From the NCBI GenBank assembly GCA_039794085.1, contig JBDIWC010000031.1, positions 1-51,237 on the forward strand: a stretch of DNA of 51,237 nt. Reading direction: 5' to 3'. The stretch is from Gemmatimonadales bacterium. GTDB taxonomy: Bacteria; Gemmatimonadota; Gemmatimonadetes; Gemmatimonadales; GWC2-71-9. Within the stretch, counting starts at the first letter, position 1. Each line of letters opens with the position of its first letter. The notes beneath the pieces were generated by a model. It was not told the origin of the DNA. It was given only the letters and a program-made list of their open reading frames with translations, and made no database searches. This document shows, piece by piece, positions 21,592-30,747 of the stretch. The translations under genes were made by a program, and so were the position numbers.

Positions 21592-23081
21592 CGGCGGCCT
21601 CCCCGTCCGATGCGGGGGGGCAACCAGGCCCGGTCGGTCTCGGACCCGAGCTGCACGCTGATGCGGGCATTGAGCCGAACCTGGTTCCAGTCGAATGCGG
21701 CGGCGTCGGGCCGGTCGCGTGACTCGTTGTAGCGCGCCACCTGCACGGTGAAGCGCCACCGGTCGGCGAGGCGGGCCTCGGCATCGGCCCCCACCCAGTA
21801 GACGGTGGCTTCGTCGAAGCGGAATTCGAGGGGACGTTCCAGGCGACCCCCCTCGACGGAGAGGTGCATGCCGGACCCGAACCGGCGCGTGGCGCGCGCA
21901 TCGAATCCCCGGGAGGAGGCGCCGGGGCCGAGTTCGGCGTGGATCCCTCCGGCCAGGTCCCAGTCGGTCGTGGGGGACCAGGTGGCGCGGGCATTCCAGC
22001 GCCAGCCATCATCCTGGACATCGGTCAGACCGGTTTCCGCGTCGGCATTCTCGAAGGCATAGCGCTCGCCACGACCGGACAGGGTCACGCCGGGGAGGGG
22101 ACTCACGGTGAGGTTCGCCGAGTACGCGTGATAGGGAACCGGGCTGAAGGCGCCCCAGATGGTCCACAGGTCGAAGAAGGGGCGATAGCGGCGGACCATC
22201 GCGGTGACCGTGGCCCAGTCGTGGACCCAGGTGGCGGAAGCCTCGGCGGAGCCGCTCTGGCCCATGGCAATGTCGTACTCTCCGCCGGCCGTCAGGATCA
22301 GGCGGCTCAGGGGGCGTGCCGAGGTGCTGAGCGCCACGCGCTCGGAGACGAAGAAATCAGTTGCCGGATCCACTTCCCGGCGGTATTCGCCCCGGATGTC
22401 CACGAACCCCGGGCGCCATCCCACTTCCGCGCCGGCCACGATCTGCCGGTCGCGGGGCTGGAAATCATCGAGCGGGTTGAGTGCGTCGCTGGTGACGGGC
22501 AGGGCGGTGGCGCGGGCGAGGCCCCAGCCGCCGTAGATCGCCGCATCCAGCCCGGTGCCCGGTATCCGGACCACGGCCCATCCCCCGTCGAATCCATAGG
22601 ATCCGAGCCGGCCGTCGATCACCTGGCGGCCTCCGCGGACGGTGAGGGGACCCCGGACATATTCGGCGAGCCCCTCGATGAGCTGCAGCTCGGGAGTGAC
22701 GGCGGGCCAGACGTCGTTGGACGCGAGGTCGGTGGCATGCCGGACACTGGCTCGAACCGTGAGGCCGGGAATCCCGAGGCCCCACCCCAGGAGGTCGACT
22801 CGGGTGACGAGGGGACCTCCGCGTTGAATGGGTCCTGGCCGGAAGAACCGGCAGATCTCGCTGAGGCAGGTCACGGCAATGCCATCGGGTGTCACGAGAC
22901 CCCCGGTCGGGCCGGCCAGCGCCTGCGAGGGGAGAATGCTGTCGGGTGTCACCCCGCGGAACGCGGCGGACTGGACCCGGGTCTCGATCCGGATCCGGTA
23001 TCCCTGGGCGGTCGCGGCGTCCGGGAGCAGGAGGAGCGCGCCGCAGGCGAGCCCGAGGGTGGCCCATCGCACCGGTCTCAT
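21588..23081 (-). CDS. Putative outer-membrane beta-barrel (porin) protein
   Basis: Signal peptide ending ATA-Q; alternating amphipathic aromatic-rich strands; no heme motif; lies between multiheme genes with 4-nt overlaps. Confidence 0.7.
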   Translation of the reverse strand: MRPVRWATLGLACGALLLLPDAATAQGYRIRIETRVQSAAFRGVTPDSILPSQALAGPTGGLVTPDGIAVTCLSEICRFFRPGPIQRGGPLVTRVDLLGWGLGIPGLTVRASVRHATDLASNDVWPAVTPELQLIEGLAEYVRGPLTVRGGRQVIDGRLGSYGFDGGWAVVRIPGTGLDAAIYGGWGLARATALPVTSDALNPLDDFQPRDRQIVAGAEVGWRPGFVDIRGEYRREVDPATDFFVSERVALSTSARPLSRLILTAGGEYDIAMGQSGSAEASATWVHDWATVTAMVRRYRPFFDLWTIWGAFSPVPYHAYSANLTVSPLPGVTLSGRGERYAFENADAETGLTDVQDDGWRWNARATWSPTTDWDLAGGIHAELGPGASSRGFDARATRRFGSGMHLSVEGGRLERPLEFRFDEATVYWVGADAEARLADRWRFTVQVARYNESRDRPDAAAFDWNQVRLNARISVQLGSETDRAWLPPRIGRGGRR

Positions 23082-25024
23082 CCCGTCTTTCTCCGCAAAT
23101 GGCTCCGGTAGGACTCGGGCGAGGTCAGGAAGTGGCAGGTGGCACACTCCTTCGCCGGGTAGTGCTCCCGGGCCTTGTCCTGGTGACAGGTGGCACAAAG
23201 CGGCCTCGTGGGGACCAGGAGGGCCACCGTGGCGGGAGTGTGGCAGGCGTCACATCCCCCATGGGATGTTTCCGGCGGGCGGTGGGCGTCGGTGAGGACG
23301 GCGATCGGGACCGTGTGACAGGTGGCGCAGGTGGGCCCGTCGGCGTGGTGGTCCTCGTGACACGTGGCACACTGGAGCACCTCGTCTCGGGGGGCCAGGG
23401 ACACCGGTGTGGTGTGGCAGACGGTGCACTCCTTGGCGGTGTGGACCTCGTGACGGAACACCGCCTCCCGGGGTCGAGGGGCGTGGTCACGCGTCGTGAC
23501 CGAGACGGTCCTGGGAAGGGCCTGGGGTACCGTGCCGTCGGCGTGGCAGACCGAGCAGTCGCGGGTTGCGGGTTGCTGGTGATGGCAGATCTGACAGCCG
23601 CGGGGGCGTTCAAACGTGAGACCTCCATGCCGTTCGGAGGCAACATGACAGGTCAGGCAGGCAAGGGATGTGTGACGGGGATGGGGAAAGGTGTCCTGGG
23701 GGGTCGCCTGGTCCACCCGTGGCCATGGCACCGGGGGAGGGCGGCCCTCGTCGTCGCTGGCATCTCCCTTGCCGGTTGGGGAGGACACCGGGGCCTCGGT
23801 TCGGGAGGGAGGTGGTGTGGCCCTGAGGGCCGCGGTGGTATCGAAGGGGAGGGGCGGGCGACGGGCTGTCCGCACTCGGATCGACTCGTGGCACCCGGCA
23901 CAGTCGCTGGCATCCACCTTGGCCCGATGCGGGATGTGACAGGTCGTGCACTCCTGCCGGACCGACCGGTGATCCCGGCCGGTATGGAACGGCTCGGTCT
24001 CGGTGTTGTCATGGCACCCGGCGCTGGTACAGGTGGCCTTGGCGTCGGAGGGCTGTTCCTGGGTGTGCGGATTGTGGCACATGCCGCAGGTGCCCTGGTG
24101 CGGGTCCAACTCCGGGACAAAGTCGGCCAGGACCTCCCGCATCTCATGGCATCCCAGGCACTGGGTGTTGTTGGGTCGCAGGGTGCCGGCGGCACTGTCC
24201 CGGGTGGCCAGGGCGGGAACGTCGAGGGTGAACTCGTGGCAGGTGGCGCAGTGGAGCGACGTCTGATCGGCCATGCCTCCAAGCGTGATCTCGGTGTTCT
24301 CGTGGCAGCCCGATTGCCCACAGGTCTTGTCGACCGGCACGAACTTATGCACCTCCAGCCCGTGACAGGTGACGCACATGACGTCCTTAAGGTCGGTGGA
24401 GTCGGACTCGAGGTGGGTCCGGTGGCCGGCCGTGCTGGCGATCCGCTGCCACTTCTCCGGATCACCGGTGACGTGGCACCCGGCGCAAATCGCTGTGGGA
24501 ACGGGACTGTGCGCCTGGATCTCCACCGGGCGCTCCGCCACCCAGAGGTAGAGCTCCCTCATGCTGGCAAAGATCGATTGCTGGTGACAGTCGTGGCAGG
24601 AGAGGGAGTCGTGCTTTCCCGCACCCTCCTGAAAGCGACTGAACGGAGATTCCATGATGTGGCAGCCGGTGCAGAACGAATTGTCGTGCTGCATGTAGTT
24701 CCAGCTCACCCGCCCGAAACCGGCTCCCACGAGGACGAAGAGGAGGGCGCCCCCGGCCAGCGACGCCTGCACCCCACGAGGCCTCGTGAGCAGCCATATC
24801 TGGATCTCCTGGCGGCGTCGCCACAGCACGACCAGGACGACGATCCCCAGGAGCACCCCCGCCACGGCCCCGGCAATCTGGGCCCACTGGGGGAAGTTGA
24901 AGAGGAACCGGACGACCTCGGCTATTCCCCCCGGCAGCGGGGAGGGCGGCACGAGGACCGTATCAGCTGTGGCCGCGGCCCCGAGTTGCGTCGGGGCCGC
25001 GGCCTGAAAGGGTAGGGGAAGCAC
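23078..25024 (-). CDS. Membrane-anchored ~20-heme cytochrome c with NapC/NirT-like N-terminal tetraheme region
   Basis: Two N-terminal TM helices, then DNSFCTGCHIM; 18 CxxCH plus 2 CxxxxCH (CGQSGCH, CTSAGCH). Confidence 0.85.
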   Translation of the reverse strand: MLPLPFQAAAPTQLGAAATADTVLVPPSPLPGGIAEVVRFLFNFPQWAQIAGAVAGVLLGIVVLVVLWRRRQEIQIWLLTRPRGVQASLAGGALLFVLVGAGFGRVSWNYMQHDNSFCTGCHIMESPFSRFQEGAGKHDSLSCHDCHQQSIFASMRELYLWVAERPVEIQAHSPVPTAICAGCHVTGDPEKWQRIASTAGHRTHLESDSTDLKDVMCVTCHGLEVHKFVPVDKTCGQSGCHENTEITLGGMADQTSLHCATCHEFTLDVPALATRDSAAGTLRPNNTQCLGCHEMREVLADFVPELDPHQGTCGMCHNPHTQEQPSDAKATCTSAGCHDNTETEPFHTGRDHRSVRQECTTCHIPHRAKVDASDCAGCHESIRVRTARRPPLPFDTTAALRATPPPSRTEAPVSSPTGKGDASDDEGRPPPVPWPRVDQATPQDTFPHPRHTSLACLTCHVASERHGGLTFERPRGCQICHHQQPATRDCSVCHADGTVPQALPRTVSVTTRDHAPRPREAVFRHEVHTAKECTVCHTTPVSLAPRDEVLQCATCHEDHHADGPTCATCHTVPIAVLTDAHRPPETSHGGCDACHTPATVALLVPTRPLCATCHQDKAREHYPAKECATCHFLTSPESYRSHLRRKTG

Positions 25025-25036
25025 CGTGGTCCGAAC

Positions 25037-26578
25037 TTACTTCGTACCCTGGGTCGCCGCCACTGGTTGCCGTGCCTGGACCGCCGCCAGCGAGGCGTCG
25101 ATCAGTTGCAGTACCTGGGTCGGCGGGGCCGGCAGGTTGTAGAACGTTCGCACCTCGTTGATGCTCGCGCTGACCAGGGCCCGGAGCAGGAAGGGATTGT
25201 GCACCCCCTTCGAGTTGTCGCTGTTGCTCTGGTTCCTTTCCCCGGCGAGCCGGGCGTTGAACTCCGCACCCTTGGCCGGGGTGACCGAACTGGCAGTGAA
25301 CTCACCAGGGAGCATCGCCTTCACGGTGGGGAGCATCCCTTGATCGATCGGGGCGGCGTCGATCGACCTGTTGCCGTTGACGTCGACCCAAAGCGTGCTG
25401 ACGAGTGTCTCCATCTCGGCCCGGATCTGGGTGAAGCGCTGAGCCGCGATGGCCTCCGAGGCGTGGCATCCTGATGCGGTGCAGGTCTTGAACGACCGCG
25501 CGGTTTCGGTGAACGCACAGGTCTTGTCCCCGGTGGGCCTGCCTTGGGCATCGAGGCACGGAATGGGACGGAAGAGGTGGCCGGTAGCCTGGAACACGAA
25601 CCCACCCGTGGCAGGATCGGTGACTTCAAACCGTCCCACGTGGCACCCTGCACAAAGCTTGGGATTCCGATCCGAGCCATGCGAGGTCAGGATGGCGGTG
25701 GAATCGAAGAGGAAGTTCTGGGGCCGATACCCCGCCGTGCCCAGCAGAACGGCGCCCTGCGGAGCATGAGGCGAGCTGCTGCCGGACTGTGTGTCGGCGC
25801 GGCGCAGGTGGCACTTCATGCAGAGATTCACCTCAGGATCCGGGGAGTTAATGGGGAACCGAAGCTGTTTCGAGTTGGGCGACCCGTGGGGGTCGTGGCA
25901 GACCGTGCAGGTGACCGGGAAAAAGCCCGGGTCACCCTTTTCCACATAATTTGCCTGCTCACCCCACGCCACCAGTGTTGCCTTCCCGTTGTGACAGGAC
26001 TCACAATCGGCCCTCCCTGCGGCGAACGTCACGACTCCCGCGTGTCCCGACTGGGCCCATTCCTCAGCGAAGGGAGTGTGGGCCCCACTGTGACACTCCG
26101 CGCAGGCGATCGCGGCATCCGCCCCGATGCTCGCGCGCGCCAGGGGAACGTTGGACCTGTTGTCGGGCTCGACCACATGGTTGAGCCCGGGGCCGTGGCA
26201 GCTTTCGCACTGCACGTCATGGTATACCGAGTCCTGGACGGCGTCCCACCCGGCCGGACCGGACACGTCGTTCCCCTTGGCGGTGACGGTATGGCAGCTG
26301 AAGCAGAATGGTTGCGCATTCGACCCGAGGTCGGCCAGGGTCTGAAAGGCGTTGGCGTGTCGCGTCTGTTTCCAATCCCTCTGGGTTCCGACGTGACAGT
26401 TGCCGCAGGTTGTGGTCCGGGTGCCCACATTGAAGTAGCCGAGGAAGCCCAACGCCGCATCCTGGGGTGGGTTGAAGGGCTCCCGGTCCCGGAACACGAT
26501 CTCGGTATCCGTACAGGAGACCACGAACGTGAGGAGAGGGAGGAGCGAGAGGAGTCGGAGGAGGCGTGAGCGCGACAT
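25037..26578 (-). CDS. Multiheme cytochrome c lipoprotein (c554/c552-like N-terminus)
   Basis: Lipobox-like FVVSC; CGNCH..W..TRHANAF, VQCESCHGPG; 8 CxxCH plus CTASGCH. Confidence 0.85.
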   Translation of the reverse strand: MSRSRLLRLLSLLPLLTFVVSCTDTEIVFRDREPFNPPQDAALGFLGYFNVGTRTTTCGNCHVGTQRDWKQTRHANAFQTLADLGSNAQPFCFSCHTVTAKGNDVSGPAGWDAVQDSVYHDVQCESCHGPGLNHVVEPDNRSNVPLARASIGADAAIACAECHSGAHTPFAEEWAQSGHAGVVTFAAGRADCESCHNGKATLVAWGEQANYVEKGDPGFFPVTCTVCHDPHGSPNSKQLRFPINSPDPEVNLCMKCHLRRADTQSGSSSPHAPQGAVLLGTAGYRPQNFLFDSTAILTSHGSDRNPKLCAGCHVGRFEVTDPATGGFVFQATGHLFRPIPCLDAQGRPTGDKTCAFTETARSFKTCTASGCHASEAIAAQRFTQIRAEMETLVSTLWVDVNGNRSIDAAPIDQGMLPTVKAMLPGEFTASSVTPAKGAEFNARLAGERNQSNSDNSKGVHNPFLLRALVSASINEVRTFYNLPAPPTQVLQLIDASLAAVQARQPVAATQGTK

Positions 26579-26832
26579 CGGGAGCTCCCTGCAACGAGCG
26601 GTGGTGAGTCCAGAGTGACCGTCTCGCGGCTATTCGGCCGCTACGGTAGTACTACGGTAAAATCCTTCTTGAAGGCGAGCAAGGGGGTTTGTCTAACATG
26701 AAGGAGGTTTCACTTTCGTCTCATACTGGCCTCGCCTCGGCGTGCCTGATTAGGCTTGTACACAATAGGAACACCCCGGAATGACAGGAAGTCCGGGTTT
26801 TCCTCCCGACCCTGTGAAGGAGTGCCCGTACC

Positions 26833-27627
26833 ATGAAGGACCCAGGCCGTTACTGTCCCTCGTGCGGCACCGCCGCCCCCGGCGCGTTCTGCACTTCCTG
26901 TGGAACGGCGGTGGGGACCAGGCCCTGTTCACAGTGCGGCGCGCCGGTGGTTCCGGGCGCCCGGTTCTGCGGCTCCTGCGGAGGAACAACGGGACCTGGG
27001 GCTGGCGGATCGGGCTTCCGGGCCCTGGGGGACCCATCGCGGAGGCATTCTCCTGTTCCACTCCCCTGGATCGTGGCGGGGGTGGCGGGACTCGTCACCC
27101 TTGTCCTCCTCCTCGTGCTGTTGCGTCGTCCCGCCATGCCTCCTGCGGCGGCGTCGCTTGGAACGGGGGCCGTGTCGGGAGGAGCACCACCCGACCTCTC
27201 GACCATGACCCCCCTGGAGCAGTTCGACCGACTCTTCGAACGGGTGATGCGGGCGTCCGAGCAGGGGGACACGACCACGGTGGTCTCCTTCCTGCCCATG
27301 GCGCTGCAGGCCTACCAGCAATTGGGTGTGGTCGATGCCGATGCCCGCTACCATGCGGGGCTGCTTCAGCTCCGGGCCGGGAACGAGGCAGGGGCGCTGG
27401 CCCTGGCTGATACGATCCTGGCGGGTGCCCCGGACCACCTCTTCGCGCTCGCCCTTCGGGTCGCGGTGGAGGATGGCCGCGGAGGCGCCGGGGCCTCCTC
27501 CGCCCTTGCGGCCTTCGCGGAGGCCTACGCCAGGGAGATGGTCTCGCCGAAGCCGGAGTACGCCGGTCACCAGACCTTGCTGGACGGGATGAAAGACCGT
27601 GCCGCCAGCTTGCCGAAGAGCCGATGA
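26833..27627 (+). CDS. Double zinc-ribbon / TM / helical-repeat protein (paralogue 2)
   Basis: CPSCG, FCTSCG, CSQCG, FCGSCG; PDLSTMTP..FDRL.ERVM, DADARYH and ADTIL shared with 19348..20130. Confidence 0.8.
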   Translation: MKDPGRYCPSCGTAAPGAFCTSCGTAVGTRPCSQCGAPVVPGARFCGSCGGTTGPGAGGSGFRALGDPSRRHSPVPLPWIVAGVAGLVTLVLLLVLLRRPAMPPAAASLGTGAVSGGAPPDLSTMTPLEQFDRLFERVMRASEQGDTTTVVSFLPMALQAYQQLGVVDADARYHAGLLQLRAGNEAGALALADTILAGAPDHLFALALRVAVEDGRGGAGASSALAAFAEAYAREMVSPKPEYAGHQTLLDGMKDRAASLPKSR

Positions 27628-27653
27628 CACGGGCGCGCGGCATGCGCTATAAT
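27624..27653 (+). promoter_or_regulatory. Putative sigma70 promoter for the ccm operon
   Basis: TATAAT at 27648-27653 with ATGACA 18 bp upstream, ~60 bp before ccmE. Confidence 0.45.
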
Positions 27654-27715
27654 GCAGTGCACTGGATCCCCGGCTGGCTGTCGCTGGCGGACCACCGATC
27701 TGACCGGAGGACATC

Positions 27716-28135
27716 ATGAAAGCTGGGCACAAGTTCTTTCTCGGGGCCACCGTTATCGTGGTGGGGGTGGGGCTCCTGATCACCGAGGGCGTCCGCTCCA
27801 CCGGGGTCTATTTCTTCACGCCCACAGAGCTGGTGGCCCGGACGACTCAGGATCCCTCCTTTCACGACGTCGGGCTCAAGGTGGGGGCCAAGGTGGTTCC
27901 CGGGACGATCCGTCGGAACGACGAGACGATGCAGATTGACTTCGAGATGAGCGACGGGGTCACCGGGGTGCCGGTGCGGTATCGCGGTCTCGTCCCCGAC
28001 ACCTTCACCGATGCCAATGACATCGAGGTCATCGTGGAAGGGAAGCTTGGCCGCGATGGCATCTTCCACGCCACCGAGGTCCTGGCCAAGTGCGGATCGC
28101 GGTATGAGTCGGAACTGGCCGAGGCGAAGGCCTGA
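27716..28135 (+). CDS. ccmE: Cytochrome c maturation heme chaperone CcmE (Cys type, CxxxY)
   Basis: YFFTPTEL, VRYRGLVPDTF, VIVEGKL, FHATEVLAKCGSRY. Confidence 0.92.
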   Translation: MKAGHKFFLGATVIVVGVGLLITEGVRSTGVYFFTPTELVARTTQDPSFHDVGLKVGAKVVPGTIRRNDETMQIDFEMSDGVTGVPVRYRGLVPDTFTDANDIEVIVEGKLGRDGIFHATEVLAKCGSRYESELAEAKA

Positions 28136-28138
28136 TCC

Positions 28139-30172
28139 ATGACTCTGCTTGGAGAGTTCGCCCTCTGGATGGCGCTGCTGGCCGGCCTCTGGGGGGCGGT
28201 GATCGGGTTTTCCGGAGCGTGGCGCCGCCGTCCCGAACTCGGGACCACGACGATCCGCTCCGCCTATGCGGTGTGTGCCGCGATGATCGTGGCCTCGATC
28301 GCCCTCTGGAAGGGGATCCTCACCCACGACTTCAACATCGAGTACGTGGCGAGCTACACCTCCCGGAATCTTCCGGACTCCTATCTCATCACGGCGTTCT
28401 GGGCGGGCCAGAAGGGGAGCCTCCTCTTCTGGGGCACGGTGCTGGGCATCTTCGGTGCGTTGGCCCAGACGCTGACCTCCCGGCGGTATCGGGACCTGAT
28501 GCCCACGGTCGCCGCCGTGACGGGGACCGTCGTGGTCTTCTTCGTGGCCACCATGCTGTTCTCGGCCAACCCGTTCGAGCGTCTCTCCTTCACACCGGCC
28601 GATGGGAACGGTCTCAATCCCCAGCTGCAGAATCCCGGGATGGTGATCCATCCCCCGATGCTCTACCTCGGGTACATCAGCATCACCATCCCGTTCGCCT
28701 TTGCCATCGCCGCGCTGCTGTCCCGGCGCCTCGACAGCGGGTGGATCATTGCGATCCGGAAGTGGACCCTCCTCTCCTGGTTCTTCCTGTCGATCGGGAT
28801 CACCCTCGGGATGTGGTGGGCGTACGTGGAACTCGGCTGGGGTGGATACTGGGCCTGGGATCCCGTGGAGAACGCGAGCCTGCTCCCGTGGCTCACCATG
28901 ACGGCCTTCCTCCACTCCGTCATGATCCAGGAAAAGCGGGGGATGCTGAAGCGATGGAACCTCGGGCTCATCATCGCCACCTTCATGCTGAGCATCTTCG
29001 GGACCTTCATCACCCGGTCGGGCGTGATCGCCAGCGTCCACAGCTTTGCCCAGTCGAACGTGGGGTACTTCTTCCTCTTCTTCCTGGTGCTGATCGGCGT
29101 CGTCTCCTTCACGCTGCTCTACACCCGCTGGCCCGATCTCGAGCCGGAGGCCAAGCTCGAGTCCGTCGCGAGCCGGGAGGCCGCCTTCCTCTTCAACAAT
29201 CTGGTGCTGGTCGGAATCGCTTTCTCGGTGCTGTGGGGGACGCTCTTTCCCATCCTCACCGAGGCGGTCCGCGGGGTGAAGATCACGGTGGGCCCCCCCT
29301 TCTTCAATCGGGTCAATGTGCCCCTCGGCATCCTGCTCCTCGCGCTCACCGGCATCGGTCCGCTGATCGCCTGGCGGAAGAGCTCCATCGCCAATCTCAA
29401 ACGCCAGTTCATCTGGCCGGTGGCGACCGGGGTCGCGACGGCGGGCACCCTCATCGCCCTCGGCATGCGGGACGGCATGGCTCTCCTGGCGCTGGGCCTC
29501 GTCGGGTTCGTGGCAGGGACGATCTGGCAGGAGTTCCATCGGGGCGTGCGGGCCCGCATGCGCATGCATGGCGAGGCGATTCCCATGGCTCTGGCCTATC
29601 TGGTGGGCCGGAATCGGCGGCGCTACGGGGGATACATCGTGCACGCCGGCATTCTTATCTACTTCGCCGCGTTCGCCGGCTCGGCCTTCAAGGTGACCCG
29701 GGAGGCGACACTGGCCCCGGGTGAAACCGCCGAGATCCGGAGCCCCTTTGGTCACGTGTACCGACTGACGCATCTGGGAGTCTCCCAGTATCAGGCGCTG
29801 AACCGGTTCGTCTCGGCTGCCACTCTGCAGGTGGAGATCGATGGCCGACCCGCCGGCGTGATCTCCTCCGAGAAGCGCCAGCACGTTGACAGCTTCGGCC
29901 GGAAGACCTTCGAGCCCTCCACCGAGGTAGGCATCCGGAGCAGCCTGCGGGAGGACCTCTATGTCGTCTACGCCGGATCGATCGGGGGCACCGAGCGCGC
30001 CAATTTTGCGATCAGTGTGAACCCCCTCATCTGGTGGCTCTGGTTCGGGGGCGGGGTGCTCGTGGTTGGGGGACTCATCACCATGTGGCCGGGCGGGGGT
30101 CGCACCGCCACCCGGACGATCCGGGGGCAGGTGCGGGTCCAGCCCCCGGTCGAGGAGGCAGTACCGGCATGA
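28139..30172 (+). CDS. ccmF: Heme lyase CcmF/NrfE
   Basis: WAGQKGSLLFW, GLNPQLQNPGMVIHPPMLYLGY, WAYVELGWGGYWAWDPVENASLLPWL, SVHSFA. Confidence 0.97.
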   Translation: MTLLGEFALWMALLAGLWGAVIGFSGAWRRRPELGTTTIRSAYAVCAAMIVASIALWKGILTHDFNIEYVASYTSRNLPDSYLITAFWAGQKGSLLFWGTVLGIFGALAQTLTSRRYRDLMPTVAAVTGTVVVFFVATMLFSANPFERLSFTPADGNGLNPQLQNPGMVIHPPMLYLGYISITIPFAFAIAALLSRRLDSGWIIAIRKWTLLSWFFLSIGITLGMWWAYVELGWGGYWAWDPVENASLLPWLTMTAFLHSVMIQEKRGMLKRWNLGLIIATFMLSIFGTFITRSGVIASVHSFAQSNVGYFFLFFLVLIGVVSFTLLYTRWPDLEPEAKLESVASREAAFLFNNLVLVGIAFSVLWGTLFPILTEAVRGVKITVGPPFFNRVNVPLGILLLALTGIGPLIAWRKSSIANLKRQFIWPVATGVATAGTLIALGMRDGMALLALGLVGFVAGTIWQEFHRGVRARMRMHGEAIPMALAYLVGRNRRRYGGYIVHAGILIYFAAFAGSAFKVTREATLAPGETAEIRSPFGHVYRLTHLGVSQYQALNRFVSAATLQVEIDGRPAGVISSEKRQHVDSFGRKTFEPSTEVGIRSSLREDLYVVYAGSIGGTERANFAISVNPLIWWLWFGGGVLVVGGLITMWPGGGRTATRTIRGQVRVQPPVEEAVPA

Positions 30173-30744
30173 TTTCACGACGGACGTTTCTGACCGTGGC
30201 TGGCGGCGCCTTGCTGTCCCGTAGCGCCTTCGCCCAGGATCCCTCCGGCGAGGCTCCGGCGGACCGGTTGCAGTTCCAAGGCATTGTGCAGCCCCGCACC
30301 GCGGTGACCGTCGGTGACAACGACCGGACCATTCAGGCCCTGGAGCGGCGTCTCAAATGCACCTGCGGGTGCAATCTGGATGTCTTCACCTGTCGTACCA
30401 CGGACTTCACCTGCACCACCTCACCGGCGATGCACCGGGAAGTCATGACGCTGTACGATGCGGGGAAGACGCCGGAGGAGATCATCGCCGTATTCGTCGA
30501 GGAGAACGGGGAATCGATCCTGATGGCCCCCCCGCCCCAGGGCTTCAACCTGGCGGGATATCTGGTTCCAGGGCTGGCCCTCGCGGCGGCGGGCACGCTC
30601 CTGGCGGCCATTCTGGTGCGTCGCCAGCGGTTGGAGCCCGCTCCAGTCGTGGGGCAGGGGGCCCGCACCGCTCCTTCGATTCCGGGGGCCTCGGCGGATG
30701 ACCTGGCCGCGCTCGATCGCGCCCTTTCCGACGTGGCGGACTGA
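30169..30744 (+). CDS. ccmH: CcmH/CycL-like maturation protein
   Basis: LERRLKCTCGC, GKTPEEIIAVFVEENGESILMAPP, C-terminal TM; follows ccmF with ATGA overlap. Confidence 0.8.
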   Translation: MISRRTFLTVAGGALLSRSAFAQDPSGEAPADRLQFQGIVQPRTAVTVGDNDRTIQALERRLKCTCGCNLDVFTCRTTDFTCTTSPAMHREVMTLYDAGKTPEEIIAVFVEENGESILMAPPPQGFNLAGYLVPGLALAAAGTLLAAILVRRQRLEPAPVVGQGARTAPSIPGASADDLAALDRALSDVAD

Positions 30745-30747
30745 TCT

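Noticed and set aside
21588..23081. Calling the barrel mtrB and its neighbours mtrA/mtrC
   Set aside because: Length and heme counts do not match, and I recognise no specific similarity.
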